A stretch of DNA of 64,000 bases from an uncultured virus (IMG/VR IMGVR_UViG_3300027542_000008) (IMGVR_UViG_3300027542_000008:1-64000); one strand, 5' to 3'. Shown: positions 36,903 to 46,939, counted from the stretch's first letter. Numbers and translations: made by a program. The notes: generated by a model from the sequence alone, not told the origin.

Positions 36903-38528
36903 CTATAAAAACAAAATGCCCCGGCTGTCGTACACAGACTCCGAAGCATCGTTACCGCACCTTATTGCGCGGTCCAGCGCCATAACAGTAGCCACAGCAC
37001 CGTCTATTTTTTCAGTTGATTTTTCTTTATCCATTTTTATGTTTCCTGCCGGATCGGTTCTCGCACACACGTTATCCATCATCCAGTGAAGCACCGGGTG
37101 TCCGCTATGCGCAATCTTCTGTTCCAGAACCAGCTTCATCAGCTCTTTCGTAGGTGGGGACATATCTTTAAACCCCTGCCCAAAAGGAACCACCGTGAAA
37201 CCCATTCCTTCCAGGTTTTGAACCATCTGCACTGCACCCCAACGGTCGAAGGCAATCTCGCGGATATTAAATCGCTCACCCAGCCGCTCGATAAATTTTT
37301 CAATGTAGCCGTAATGCACAACGTTACCTTCGGTAGTTTCCAGAAAGCCCTGCCGCTCCCAAATGTCATACGGAACGTGGTCCTTATTTACGCGCGTAGT
37401 TATGTTGTCCTCCGGTATCCAGAAATACGGAAGAACGATGTACCGGTCATCGTCATCGGTAGGCGGGAACACCAGCACAAACGCCGTAATATCCGAAGTC
37501 GAAGATAGGTCCAGCCCGCCGTAGCAAACCCGACCTTCAAGCTCGTCTTCATCAATTACCGCTTTGCACTTTTCCCATTTATCCATCGGCATCCAGCGCA
37601 CCGCTTGCTTTACCCATTGGTTCAAGCGAAGCTGCCGAAATGAGTTTTCTTCTGCCGGGTTTTGCTTTGCCGAATTGCAAGCTGCCTGCACCTTATCAAA
37701 CCCCACAGTAATTCCGAGAGATGGATTCGCCTTCTTCCACACCTTCGGATCGGTCCAATCGTCATCTTCTTCTGCACCGTAAATAACCGGGTAGAAGGTT
37801 GTATCGTGCTTCCTTCCCGCCAGGATATCCTTTGCCTTTTGATGCGTTTCATAGCAGATGGAATGTGTATCGGTTCCGGCTGTGGTGATCAAAAAGTAAA
37901 GCGGCTGCATTCTCGCATCACCTGAGCCTTTGGTCATAACATCAAACAGCTTCCGGTTGGGTTGCGTGTGCAGTTCGTCAAACACCACGCCGTGTATATT
38001 AAAGCCGTGTTTACTGTAGGCTTCTGCTGACAACACCTGATAGAAACTGTTCGTAGGCAGGTAAACAATACGCTTTGTTGCCGCCAGAATTTTTACTCGC
38101 CGGTTGAGCGCCGGACACATACGAACCATATCCGCCGCCACTTCAAAAACAATGCTGGCTTGCTGCCGGTCCGCTGCGCAGCCATAAACCTCTGCACGTT
38201 CTTCGAAATCACCGCAGGTAAGTAAAAGCGCGACCGCCGCCGCCAACTCCGACTTGCCCTGCTTCTTCGGAATTTCAATGTATGCCGTGTTGAATTGTCG
38301 ATACCCATTCGGTTTAATAACTCCAAAAACATCACGGATTATCTGTTCCTGCCAATCTATAAGTTCAAACGGCTTCCCCGCCCACGTTCCTTTTGTGTGG
38401 CACAGGCACTCTATGAAATTTACAGCGTAATCCGCCGCCGCTTTATCATAGTGCGAGTCCTTTGCCATGAACTTGGTCGGTACGTACTTTTTCAGTTTTC
38501 GCAACTTCTCACCTCCTTTTTTCGGCAA
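36903..38528 (-). CDS. terL: Terminase large subunit
   Basis: IPKKQGKSEL Walker A, FDELH, GLDLSS, KIDGAVA. Confidence 0.95.
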   Translation of the reverse strand: MPKKGGEKLRKLKKYVPTKFMAKDSHYDKAAADYAVNFIECLCHTKGTWAGKPFELIDWQEQIIRDVFGVIKPNGYRQFNTAYIEIPKKQGKSELAAAVALLLTCGDFEERAEVYGCAADRQQASIVFEVAADMVRMCPALNRRVKILAATKRIVYLPTNSFYQVLSAEAYSKHGFNIHGVVFDELHTQPNRKLFDVMTKGSGDARMQPLYFLITTAGTDTHSICYETHQKAKDILAGRKHDTTFYPVIYGAEEDDDWTDPKVWKKANPSLGITVGFDKVQAACNSAKQNPAEENSFRQLRLNQWVKQAVRWMPMDKWEKCKAVIDEDELEGRVCYGGLDLSSTSDITAFVLVFPPTDDDDRYIVLPYFWIPEDNITTRVNKDHVPYDIWERQGFLETTEGNVVHYGYIEKFIERLGERFNIREIAFDRWGAVQMVQNLEGMGFTVVPFGQGFKDMSPPTKELMKLVLEQKIAHSGHPVLHWMMDNVCARTDPAGNIKMDKEKSTEKIDGAVATVMALDRAIRCGNDASESVYDSRGILFL

Positions 38529-38607
38529 TAAAAAAAGACCTCTAAAGGTCCTATACGAGCAACAGCCCCATCGGGAGCTGCTGGTTGTTTTCAGTTTTAT
38601 TTTTTTA

Positions 38608-38793
38608 TCAATCCAATTCCAGGATTGTTATGTTCAGGTTAAACTCGGCTTGCCTTCGGTTAACCACATTTCTGGTATCGTAATAGTAGGTAGGAAAGTC
38701 CTGCGCCAACCCGGTCCATTGCAATTCGCCCTTTTCAACGATTGCGACCTTCTGGTCTTTCAGCTCTTTCAAAACATCCGTAAGTTTTTCCAT
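38608..38793 (-). CDS. Hypothetical protein
   Basis: Start MEKL after RBS aggagg. Confidence 0.55.
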   Translation of the reverse strand: MEKLTDVLKELKDQKVAIVEKGELQWTGLAQDFPTYYYDTRNVVNRRQAEFNLNITILELD

Positions 38794-38807
38794 TGCCGTA
38801 CCTCCTA

Positions 38808-39248
38808 TCAACCGAAGTTCCGAAGTACCCATTCAAGCGCCGCCTTCGCGCCTTTCGTCTTGGGTTCGATGTCCCAGCCCCTGTCATAGTTTACAACCTC
38901 GCGCCCCGTTCCTTCATTGGTAATGGTCAGCTTGGAAATCCTGCCGCCATCAATTCCGAATTCTGAGCATTCCTCGTGGCGCTTAACCCAGAAGTGGAAT
39001 GTCCCGCCCGCGATTTGAAGTCTGCCATCCTTCCTGAGAACCCCGACCTCCGGCTGTACTTCCTTGTATGCGGGAACGTAGCAGCATAGCTGTTTTCCGT
39101 TTCTCACCATGCGAAGCGAGAAAGGGGATGTCATTCCGTTAAACTCGCCGCAGCAGGCTCCGATGGAAATCAATTCATCGTTGCCATGCGCTTCCGCTAT
39201 CTTCTGTAGGCTTGCAATGTACTCGTTTAAGGTTATTGGCTTTCTCAT
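38808..39248 (-). CDS. Phage hypothetical protein
   Basis: SEFGIDGGRISKL...NYDRGWD motif. Confidence 0.7.
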   Translation of the reverse strand: MRKPITLNEYIASLQKIAEAHGNDELISIGACCGEFNGMTSPFSLRMVRNGKQLCCYVPAYKEVQPEVGVLRKDGRLQIAGGTFHFWVKRHEECSEFGIDGGRISKLTITNEGTGREVVNYDRGWDIEPKTKGAKAALEWVLRNFG

Positions 39249-39592
39249 GCTTTCGCCCCCTTTCTTTCTGCATCGAATGCGGCTTGAATTTTTTCAACCG
39301 CTGTTGCGCAAGCCTGCGCTGCTTTGATTGCTTTTCCTTCGCCAAGTTCTGCAAGCTCGAAAGCCTCGCGTTCCTTCTTGGTTAATCTGTGCTTGGAAAG
39401 TTCCCAAAGTTCATCGTGCGCTTTCATTGCCGCTTCCGCGTTCATTTGCGCTTCGTCCGCCCTGTTCCAAGCTCTGCCGGCTTCACCCGCGTCCGCCAAG
39501 GCAATCGCGTCTGCTGCGCGGTTGCAAGCCGTTGTGCCGTAAATTTCGCATGCTTCTCTTGCTGCTTCTCTCGTTTCATAAATCTTCGCCAT
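39245..39592 (-). CDS. Ala-rich helical hypothetical protein
   Basis: RBS aggagg; coupled to next gene. Confidence 0.65.
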   Translation of the reverse strand: MAKIYETREAAREACEIYGTTACNRAADAIALADAGEAGRAWNRADEAQMNAEAAMKAHDELWELSKHRLTKKEREAFELAELGEGKAIKAAQACATAVEKIQAAFDAERKGAKA

Positions 39593-39605
39593 TTTTCTTT
39601 CCTCC

Positions 39606-39800
39606 TTAACCTACCAGGCTGAGCATTCCGTTCTTGGAAGTTGTGTAGGAAATCTTGCATCCGATTCTGGCTGCCGAGTAAATCAAAAGGTCAAGTGCCA
39701 TTTTGTAATCGGCGCAAGCTGCTTTGTCTCCGTACTTCTTGTAATGGTTGTGGTCCCTTACTAAAATTTCTGCTTTTTCCCTTGCGTATGCTTCTGTCAT
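39606..39800 (-). CDS. Hypothetical protein
   Basis: RBS aggag; preceded by repeated promoter motif. Confidence 0.6.
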   Translation of the reverse strand: MTEAYAREKAEILVRDHNHYKKYGDKAACADYKMALDLLIYSAARIGCKISYTTSKNGMLSLVG

Positions 39801-39826
39801 GGTGGTGTCTCCTTTGCTTTTTGTAG

Positions 39827-39862
39827 GTGTATATTAACTCTAAAAAAGATATATATCCAGCG
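39827..39862 (-). promoter_or_regulatory. Repeated promoter-like motif, copy 1
   Basis: gtgtatattaactctaaaa...tatccagcg. Confidence 0.65.
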
Positions 39863-39959
39863 ATTTGAGGCACTATTTTGAAGATTTATTTATTTATTTT
39901 TACGATAAAAACCACCCCCGAAAAGGTGGTTTTCTGCGGCATATTCAGGGGGCAATTAA

Positions 39960-40703
39960 TCATTTATACTCTTTTACCAGAACCCTGATGTGCAGCCTTT
40001 GGATGTTGTATCCTCCGGCAAGTATGCTCTCGATTTCTGCCCTGCCTTCCTTGCCAATTACGATGCCGTTCAGGACCGTGAACCCTTGTGTGCCTTGCGT
40101 AGCTCTGATGTTCGCCCAGCTCGTTATTTCGCCGGTTATTGCCTGAACCCTTCGTACCAGGTCAAAGATTAAAAATTCCGCATCACGAATGTTGCTCTTG
40201 TGAATCTGTTCATCCGACTGTTCTGCGAACCTGGTGTCTGCGTACTTGTATTTCTTCCGGAATGCATCCCACTCCATTTCACGGCGGTCTTTCCAATACC
40301 TCGCTTTACGTTCCAGGTCCCAAGCATCCCACCGGGCAACCAGCTCGTCTCGGAGCTTCTTCAGCACCTCCGGTATTTCCCGAAGCACCGCTTCCTGTTC
40401 AAGCTCGCCCGTTAGCTGCTTTTCGTACTTTTTCAACGTTAGCTCTGTTTCTTCAATCTCACGCTTTCCCCTTTGGATGTCTTCCTTCAGGTACTTAATA
40501 TCGCACATCAGCCACATCGCTTCGGTGTTTCCAGTGCTACGAACATCGTCAACTGTTTTGCTGTCCGGGTCTGCAACTCCGAGCTTTATGAGCTTCTGCT
40601 TCTTCTTTTCAATTATGTTTAGCTTCTTCTCAATGGTTCCCTGCATGGTTGCGATTTTCTTCTGCGCGTTCGCAATACGCTCTTTCAAGGTTTCTACGGT
40701 CAT
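39960..40703 (-). CDS. Coiled-coil phage protein
   Basis: C-terminal GGYNIQRLHIR motif. Confidence 0.75.
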   Translation of the reverse strand: MTVETLKERIANAQKKIATMQGTIEKKLNIIEKKKQKLIKLGVADPDSKTVDDVRSTGNTEAMWLMCDIKYLKEDIQRGKREIEETELTLKKYEKQLTGELEQEAVLREIPEVLKKLRDELVARWDAWDLERKARYWKDRREMEWDAFRKKYKYADTRFAEQSDEQIHKSNIRDAEFLIFDLVRRVQAITGEITSWANIRATQGTQGFTVLNGIVIGKEGRAEIESILAGGYNIQRLHIRVLVKEYK

Positions 40704-40741
40704 ACCTTCCTCCTTAGTGGGCTTGCTGCCCGATTTGGTAT

Positions 40742-40777
40742 GTGTATATTCGCTCTAAAACGAATAATTATCAAGCG
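40742..40777 (-). promoter_or_regulatory. Repeated promoter-like motif, copy 2
   Basis: gtgtatattcgctctaaaa...tatcaagcg. Confidence 0.65.
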
Positions 40778-40808
40778 TATTTGCGAAGAATTATAAAGAA
40801 ATATTTAT

Positions 40809-41012
40809 TTATCTTTGCGGGAAATTTTGATGGATTACATCGATGATTTTGTCCTGTTCTTCCACGCTGATTCCCATTGAAATCAGCGCCTCTCGCGTAC
40901 CGCAATCCGGGCAAATAGCCGTAGCGTTATCCTCTCTGGACAGCGCCGGTCTTCCGCGGTATTCATTTCCGCATTTCGGGCAAATTCGTAACGTTTTTTC
41001 AGGTGTTTCCAT
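40809..41012 (-). CDS. Zn-finger hypothetical protein
   Basis: CPKCG...PALSR...ICPDCG. Confidence 0.75.
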   Translation of the reverse strand: METPEKTLRICPKCGNEYRGRPALSREDNATAICPDCGTREALISMGISVEEQDKIIDVIHQNFPQR

Positions 41013-41013
41013 T

Positions 41014-41460
41014 TTACATACCTCCTACGCTTGCTTTGATTGCTGCGCGTAAATATTTTTTATCAAATCCGAAATCATCATAGCCGTTTTTGCATACCTC
41101 CACATAGAAATTGGATGGTATCCCAAGCGGACGGTCCTCATGCATGATGTAAACGAATGCTTCAATTTCCTGCTGTGTTTCCTTCAGGGTAACCTTAACT
41201 TTTCTCTTGTAGTAGAAGGAAGGATACCCTTCGTAAATGTCTAACCGATGCTCGTGGAAGCGGTCAACTTCCCAAACTCCTACCGGGACCACCGCACCTT
41301 TCTTCTGTTCAATCGTCAGGTAGGAACCCGTCCTGCTGCCTTTGAACAGGAGCTGGTATCCTTTGATTTCTGCGGTCCCAACCGGAACCGCACCTGGGCA
41401 TCGCATCTGCATCTGCCCTTTATTTAAGTTGCTGCCGTATGCCAAATAATACTTTTTCAT
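41014..41460 (-). CDS. Gamma-glutamylcyclotransferase family protein
   Basis: YLAYGSNL, LDIYEG. Confidence 0.9.
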   Translation of the reverse strand: MKKYYLAYGSNLNKGQMQMRCPGAVPVGTAEIKGYQLLFKGSRTGSYLTIEQKKGAVVPVGVWEVDRFHEHRLDIYEGYPSFYYKRKVKVTLKETQQEIEAFVYIMHEDRPLGIPSNFYVEVCKNGYDDFGFDKKYLRAAIKASVGGM

Positions 41461-41474
41461 TACCGTCTACCTCC

Positions 41475-42419
41475 TTACGCTACTCTTCCGTTGCGGAAGG
41501 CTGCATCCCCTGAAAGGCGCTTCGTTAAGAACTCTCTTGCGGTTTTAAATTCCTCGCCTATGAAGCCGAGTCTAAGCAACCAGGTTCTCATCGCGTATTT
41601 CGGGTTCTCGTGCTGCTGGGGTTTGCTGCTTGCGGTTCTCAGCTCTTTTGCGAGTTGTGAAAGCGCCAGGCAAAGCTGAATGTAGCTCTTGAGCTGTCCG
41701 GCGTGAAGCCCATTCTGCTTGCCGTTTGCAGGTGCATCAAATTGGAAAAGTCTGAATTCAATCGTGCCTTTTGTGAAGGTTGCGTGGTAGTTCAGCATGT
41801 GGTAGCGGCTATCGTTATAATGGTCGGTTCTGCCCCAGGTTGCATTGTGGCTCTTGTACCAGATGTCTGCGAAGGCTGCCATCGTGGTGGGCTTCTTGCG
41901 ATTTACTTCGGTAAGGAAGCGGGTATCAACCGTTCTGCAATAGCTTCTGATTCTGGAGCTTGAAATGTTGAGCGCTTCGGAAAGCAGGCTCTCGTGGCTT
42001 GCCATTATGTTCGCCAGGGTTCGGAGCGTTTGAGGCGTGTGTCCATTCGCACCAATGTGGATGTGAACTCCGCAGCCGCGGGTTGAGTCGCTCTTCGCGC
42101 CGTTCTTGCGAAGAATTCTAATGATTTCCTGCAAGGTGTCCATGTCCGCGTAGGTCAGGATCGGCGTTACCATTTCGCATTTTTCTTCGTCCGGTCCGGC
42201 GATGCTTCCGTCTCTCTGGAATTTCCAAACCCTGCCTTGCTGGTCTTTGCAAGCCCAGGAGCTGTATCCGTATTCGCGGGCTGCGTACCAGGCTGTCGTG
42301 CCGAAATACTCGGCTATCTTCTTTGCTGCCTTCTCGCGGCTGATGCTGTTCATTTCAACTTCAACCCCGATGGTCTGTTCCTTCATTTTGCTGATTTGCT
42401 GTTCGATGTTTGCTTTCAT
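41475..42419 (-). CDS. Putative amidoligase (COOH-NH2 ligase type 2)
   Basis: GVEVEM, DGSI, EMVTPIL, CGVHIH, TIEFR. Confidence 0.88.
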   Translation of the reverse strand: MKANIEQQISKMKEQTIGVEVEMNSISREKAAKKIAEYFGTTAWYAAREYGYSSWACKDQQGRVWKFQRDGSIAGPDEEKCEMVTPILTYADMDTLQEIIRILRKNGAKSDSTRGCGVHIHIGANGHTPQTLRTLANIMASHESLLSEALNISSSRIRSYCRTVDTRFLTEVNRKKPTTMAAFADIWYKSHNATWGRTDHYNDSRYHMLNYHATFTKGTIEFRLFQFDAPANGKQNGLHAGQLKSYIQLCLALSQLAKELRTASSKPQQHENPKYAMRTWLLRLGFIGEEFKTAREFLTKRLSGDAAFRNGRVA

Positions 42420-42459
42420 TTTTAATCCTCCGTGGGCTGCTGCCCTTCGTTTTTTGTAC

Positions 42460-42495
42460 GTGTATATTCGCTCTAAAACACACATATATCAAGCG
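42460..42495 (-). promoter_or_regulatory. Repeated promoter-like motif, copy 3
   Basis: gtgtatattcgctctaaaa...tatcaagcg. Confidence 0.65.
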
Positions 42496-42577
42496 ATAAT
42501 CGAAGAATTTTTAAATATAAATTTATATTTATTTTCGCAAATTCTCTTGACTTTCAGCACCTTTTATGAACCAGAAT

Positions 42578-42913
42578 TTAAGCCTCGCTTTCCTCATTTT
42601 TTACCTGATACAAAACCAGAACGCCTTCCTCTTCCATAAGGTTATACCTTCCTTCGTAGCACCGTGCAATCTCTGCCGGGCAGCGGAAGTTGGGACCTTT
42701 CCCCACCTTGATTTGCTTTGCGTTTTTATCCTTTCGAAGTGCCAGGATATGTTGCGATTTATCTTCGCCCCACCTTAACCCAACTCCATCAAGATTAAAT
42801 CGCGCTCTTGCGGTCTTGCTTACATAAACGCCACCGCAGGAATAAATCACAATGTCAGATTTCGCTCTGCCGCTTCCGGCTTCGAAATGAAAATTGAACT
42901 TCCCCATCAGCAC
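42578..42913 (-). CDS. Hypothetical protein
   Basis: ORF directly downstream of DUF4314 gene. Confidence 0.55.
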   Translation of the reverse strand: MLMGKFNFHFEAGSGRAKSDIVIYSCGGVYVSKTARARFNLDGVGLRWGEDKSQHILALRKDKNAKQIKVGKGPNFRCPAEIARCYEGRYNLMEEEGVLVLYQVKNEESEA

Positions 42914-42922
42914 ACCAGCCTT

Positions 42923-43141
42923 TCAGTCCACTCTTTCGCAGTGGTCCTCGCCGTATACTACGCCAAGCGTGGAACCGTTGTCCCACGCAACGTGAATGGT
43001 CCCGATGTCATCAACCGACATCACCGTTCCCAGTGTTCCAATAGGCGGCGCAAACCTGTCAGACATTGCCGTGAGCCTTACCCGTGCGCCTTCAGGAAAT
43101 CTTTCCCTCAGCCTTTTCAAAGTTTCTTCGTTGAAATGCAT
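42923..43141 (-). CDS. DUF4314-family protein
   Basis: GARVRL...PPIGTLGTV..VDDIGTIHVAWDNGSTL. Confidence 0.8.
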   Translation of the reverse strand: MHFNEETLKRLRERFPEGARVRLTAMSDRFAPPIGTLGTVMSVDDIGTIHVAWDNGSTLGVVYGEDHCERVD

Positions 43142-43170
43142 AGAATGCCTCCTTTGTTTTTTTGGTACAC

Positions 43171-43204
43171 GCATATTAGCTCTAACCGGAAATAATATCC
43201 ACTG
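43171..43204 (-). promoter_or_regulatory. Repeated promoter-like motif, copy 4 (divergent)
   Basis: gcatattagctctaaccgg...tatccactg. Confidence 0.55.
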
Positions 43205-43312
43205 AATTTTGCCGATAATGAAAAACTTTTTTTGCTTTTTTCTTTTTTTTACATTGTTACTTTTTTAATTTGTTAATGCGGGTTTTCAACTCCTCGAAGA
43301 AAGCCCGGCTTG

Positions 43313-44071
43313 TTATTTTTTTCCTGCTTGCTCCCATTCTTCTTCAAGCCGGAAGCGGACCTCAAGTTCCACAACAGAATAGTCCGCCCGGAACTTGCGC
43401 CAAGTACAACTGTCCCAATATTTCAGCTTTGCCCAGAGTTCAGGGAAGAACCGGTAAAGTTTACGAAGTTCGGAAAGGCTCTGCAAAGGGCAGCACCAGC
43501 AAGATACCCGCTTGAAATATTGATACAGACCGCCCCAGTCAAAACCATGATCATAGCAATACTGCAGGCATTGAGCTTCGGTTATACCCCACTCAACCAG
43601 CGGGTGCCGGCAGTTCTCACGTTGGTTTGCTTTCCGTTCCAGGCGGTAGCCCTCATCCGCTGCCAACCCAACATACTCTATGAGGTCATAGTCCTTTCGC
43701 AAGTTGCTCAGGAACTTTTCACGAGGGTGGTCTTTCAGCTTAGATGTACACCACCGCATCTTGGGACCTGCCCAACCATAGCCGTTGTGTCCTTCACTGT
43801 ATTGCTCGATGAAGGTTTGACTTCTTCCCCCTGCGATTTTATGGTCTTTAAATAGGTACTCGAAATCCTTATCGGCACGCACTCGCGTTATAGGTCTGCC
43901 TATATACTTTTCGAGCTTTTCCAGGTGTTCGTACATTCCCGGAAATTCCAAGCCGGTATCGCAAAAGAGGATGCAGTCAATCTGCATCCCCTTTTCAAGC
44001 ATCATTAAGAGCATAGCCGTTGAGTCCTTCCCACCCGAAAGACTTACGATATGATATTCAGGCTTATTCAA
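43313..44071 (-). CDS. PAPS-reductase-family protein
   Basis: SLSGGKDS, DTGLEFP, RWCT, RVSCWCCP. Confidence 0.88.
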   Translation of the reverse strand: MNKPEYHIVSLSGGKDSTAMLLMMLEKGMQIDCILFCDTGLEFPGMYEHLEKLEKYIGRPITRVRADKDFEYLFKDHKIAGGRSQTFIEQYSEGHNGYGWAGPKMRWCTSKLKDHPREKFLSNLRKDYDLIEYVGLAADEGYRLERKANQRENCRHPLVEWGITEAQCLQYCYDHGFDWGGLYQYFKRVSCWCCPLQSLSELRKLYRFFPELWAKLKYWDSCTWRKFRADYSVVELEVRFRLEEEWEQAGKK

Positions 44072-45323
44072 CTTTGGTTTCCAGCTCCTTTACAAGTTCG
44101 GAATAAGGTATTTGCTTTTCGCTGCGCACACAATAAACTCCCTCTGCATCGCCGGTGTCCTCCACATAGCGGCGAAGGATAACCGATGCGTACTTCGGAT
44201 CGAGTTCCATCGTATAGCAAATGCGGTTCATTGCTTCGCAAGCCATAAGCGTGGAACCACTCCCGCCGAAGGTATCCACCACGATTGCGTTTTCCTGCGA
44301 TGAGTTCCCAAGAGGATAACTCAGCAGGTCGAGCGGCTTACTGGTAGGATGGTTCTCGTTGCGCTTAGGCTTTTTAAAGTTCCAGATGGTTGTTTGTTTG
44401 CGGTCGGAATACCAGCTATGCTTGCCGTTTTTCAGGAAGCCGTAAAGAACCGGCTCGTGCTGCCACTGATAATCGCTCCGTCCCAGAACCAGGCTGTCCT
44501 TTACCCAGATGCAGCATCCGGCAAGGTGGAATCCGGCATCGATAAACGCCTGACGGAAGTTTAAACCTTCGGTGTCGGCGTGGAATACATAAGCGGAACC
44601 GCCCTGTTCCAAATGCGCCGCCATATTGACGAAGGCGCTTTTCAGGAACTCATAGAACTCCTCGTTCTTCATGCTGTCATTCTTGATTGTAAGTCCGCTC
44701 TTGCTTTTGAAAGATACACCGTAGGGCGGGTCTGTAAGAATGAGGTTTGCGCGTTTACCATCCATAAGTTTGGCAACGTGGTCCGGGTTAGTAGCATCAC
44801 CGCAGATGAGACGGTGCTTGCCCACAACCCAGACATCATCTTCCTCAACGAAAGAGGCTTTTTCGAGGGCGGCGGTTAAGTCGAAATCGTCATCTTCAAC
44901 CTTGCCCGAATCAGTCTTGAACAGGTCCGCGATTTCCTTATCGTCAAACCCGGTCAACCCGACATCGAAGTCCGCACCTTGCAAGGCTTCAATTTCGACG
45001 CGCAAAAGTTCTTCATCCCACCCGGCATCCATTGCCATACGGTTATCTGCCAGGATATATGCTTTCTTTTGTGCTTCGGTGAGGTGGTCAACGAATACGC
45101 ACGGAACTTCCGCGATACCTTCCTCCCTCGCCGCCATAACGCGCCCGTGTCCGGCAATGATGCCGAACTCCCGGTCTATAATCACGGGATTAATAAACCC
45201 GAACTCGCGCAAGCTGGCGCGGAGTTTGTTAATCTGTTCCGGCGAGTGGGTACGGGCGTTATTCACATAAGGTACCAGCTTTGAAATTGATACCAACTGA
45301 AAATCTGTAGTTGTCTTCGCCAT
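44064..45323 (-). CDS. ParB-N fused N4/N6 DNA methyltransferase
   Basis: IIAGHGR ParB motif; TDPPY, HPTSKP, DTFGGSGST. Confidence 0.92.
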   Translation of the reverse strand: MAKTTTDFQLVSISKLVPYVNNARTHSPEQINKLRASLREFGFINPVIIDREFGIIAGHGRVMAAREEGIAEVPCVFVDHLTEAQKKAYILADNRMAMDAGWDEELLRVEIEALQGADFDVGLTGFDDKEIADLFKTDSGKVEDDDFDLTAALEKASFVEEDDVWVVGKHRLICGDATNPDHVAKLMDGKRANLILTDPPYGVSFKSKSGLTIKNDSMKNEEFYEFLKSAFVNMAAHLEQGGSAYVFHADTEGLNFRQAFIDAGFHLAGCCIWVKDSLVLGRSDYQWQHEPVLYGFLKNGKHSWYSDRKQTTIWNFKKPKRNENHPTSKPLDLLSYPLGNSSQENAIVVDTFGGSGSTLMACEAMNRICYTMELDPKYASVILRRYVEDTGDAEGVYCVRSEKQIPYSELVKELETKVE

Positions 45324-46360
45324 TATAAAAGTGCCTCCCGGTAATGGCAGCCCTCTGCCAACTTTTCATAGTCTTTTTCTGCAAGGCAAAGTTTGTTGAT
45401 GATTCCGCGCGGGGTGAGCGGGTAGTTCTCGCGCACCTCGTCCGCAAGGTCCAAGTCTCTATCGTTTTTCACACAAACGGAAATGGGCTGAGCAACGCCG
45501 ATAGCATAACCGAGCTGGACTTCGCACCACTTCAGGTCGTGTACTTCAAGCAAGTGGCAAGCTATCCACCGCGCCATATACGATGCCGAGCGGTCAACCT
45601 TTGAGGGGTCTTTGCCGGAAAAGGCACCGCCGCCAACTGCACAATAACCGCCGTACTGGTCGCAGACAATCTTTCTGCCGGTAAGCCCGCAGTCCGCCGT
45701 TGCCCCACCGACCGTCCATAACCCGGACGGATTGATAATAAGTTCCGGAAGCGGCTGTTCACCGAAGATGCCGGCAATCAAGTCCGTTACTTTTTCCTTG
45801 ACCGCTTCCAGCTCTATACCTTCCTTATGGCAAACCGAAACTAAAATGCTGTGAACGGAACCGAAGCCCGGCTCTGCATCCAGGTCAACCACCACCTGAG
45901 TTTTAGCATCGCCTTTGAAAATTGTATCGGAATTACCCTCGACATCCTTTTCAATTGCGGCAATGATTTTATTTGCAAGGTCAAACCCGAAAGGAAGTCT
46001 GCTTTCAGTTTCGCGCGTTGCGTAACCGAACATAGTTCCCTGATCACCTGCGCCAATTTCCTCGTCCGAAACTACCGCTTTATTGATTTCCTGAGACTGC
46101 TTCCCGATTATGTTTATAATCTTGTCAACCGTGTAGCCGAGCTTTCCGGCAACGCGGCGAACAATCGCATCAATATCGAGCTTGGCGGCGGTAGTGATTT
46201 CACCGCTTAGAACCACCGTATTGTCCTTCACCAGCGTTTCAATTCCGCAATGGCTGTTTTTGTCTTGGCGCAAACACTCTGTGAGGATTGCATCCGAAAT
46301 CTGGTCTGCATATTTATCCGGATGATACTTGCTGACCTGTTCTGTTGAAAATAATCTCAT
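45323..46360 (-). CDS. metK: Phage S-adenosylmethionine synthetase
   Basis: HPDK, GAGDQG, GLTGRK, GGGAFSGKD. Confidence 0.93.
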   Translation of the reverse strand: MRLFSTEQVSKYHPDKYADQISDAILTECLRQDKNSHCGIETLVKDNTVVLSGEITTAAKLDIDAIVRRVAGKLGYTVDKIINIIGKQSQEINKAVVSDEEIGAGDQGTMFGYATRETESRLPFGFDLANKIIAAIEKDVEGNSDTIFKGDAKTQVVVDLDAEPGFGSVHSILVSVCHKEGIELEAVKEKVTDLIAGIFGEQPLPELIINPSGLWTVGGATADCGLTGRKIVCDQYGGYCAVGGGAFSGKDPSKVDRSASYMARWIACHLLEVHDLKWCEVQLGYAIGVAQPISVCVKNDRDLDLADEVRENYPLTPRGIINKLCLAEKDYEKLAEGCHYREALL

Positions 46361-46377
46361 TGAAAAATGCTCCTTTA

Positions 46378-46932
46378 TTAATTTCCTCTCCTCGCAGAGA
46401 GAAGTCTTTCCATTAAATCGTCCTGCGGGTTTGCCCCGCCATAATCAGCCGAGCAGTTGTCCTTTACCACCTGGTAGATTTGGTACCAGATTTGGTTGAC
46501 CTGCTTCATATAGGTCTGGCTCATTTGCACATAAGGGCTGGCGATTGCGTTGCCCGTTGTAGGGTGCTTTGCCAGGAAGCCGAACTCGGAAATTGCTTCT
46601 TCGCATTGAATCCAACGCGAAACGCTCATCGCATACTGCTCGATGAGCTGTACACTTACCAGCTTCTCACACCCTTTTTCCTGCAACCAGGTGAAGGTTT
46701 CCCTGAACACTGCTTCCGCGCACATATCTTTTCCGTTTTTCTGTTTCGCTTTTAGATAATCTTTCACCGGAGGAACATCAACGCCAGAAAAATGAGCAGG
46801 CTCTGGTAATCCAGAATTGCCTGCTCTTTTCTTAGTTTCCACCTTTCCTTCGGTGATTTTATCAAACATTGGCTTCGGTTTTCTTCCAGCACCTATGCGC
46901 GTTCCACCGCGATTTGTACCGTCTTTTGCCAC
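46378..46932 (-). CDS. terS: Terminase small subunit (P27 family)
   Basis: MAKDGTNRGG.R.GAGRK; HPTTGNAIASPYV. Confidence 0.85.
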   Translation of the reverse strand: MAKDGTNRGGTRIGAGRKPKPMFDKITEGKVETKKRAGNSGLPEPAHFSGVDVPPVKDYLKAKQKNGKDMCAEAVFRETFTWLQEKGCEKLVSVQLIEQYAMSVSRWIQCEEAISEFGFLAKHPTTGNAIASPYVQMSQTYMKQVNQIWYQIYQVVKDNCSADYGGANPQDDLMERLLSARRGN

Positions 46933-46939
46933 GCTTTTT

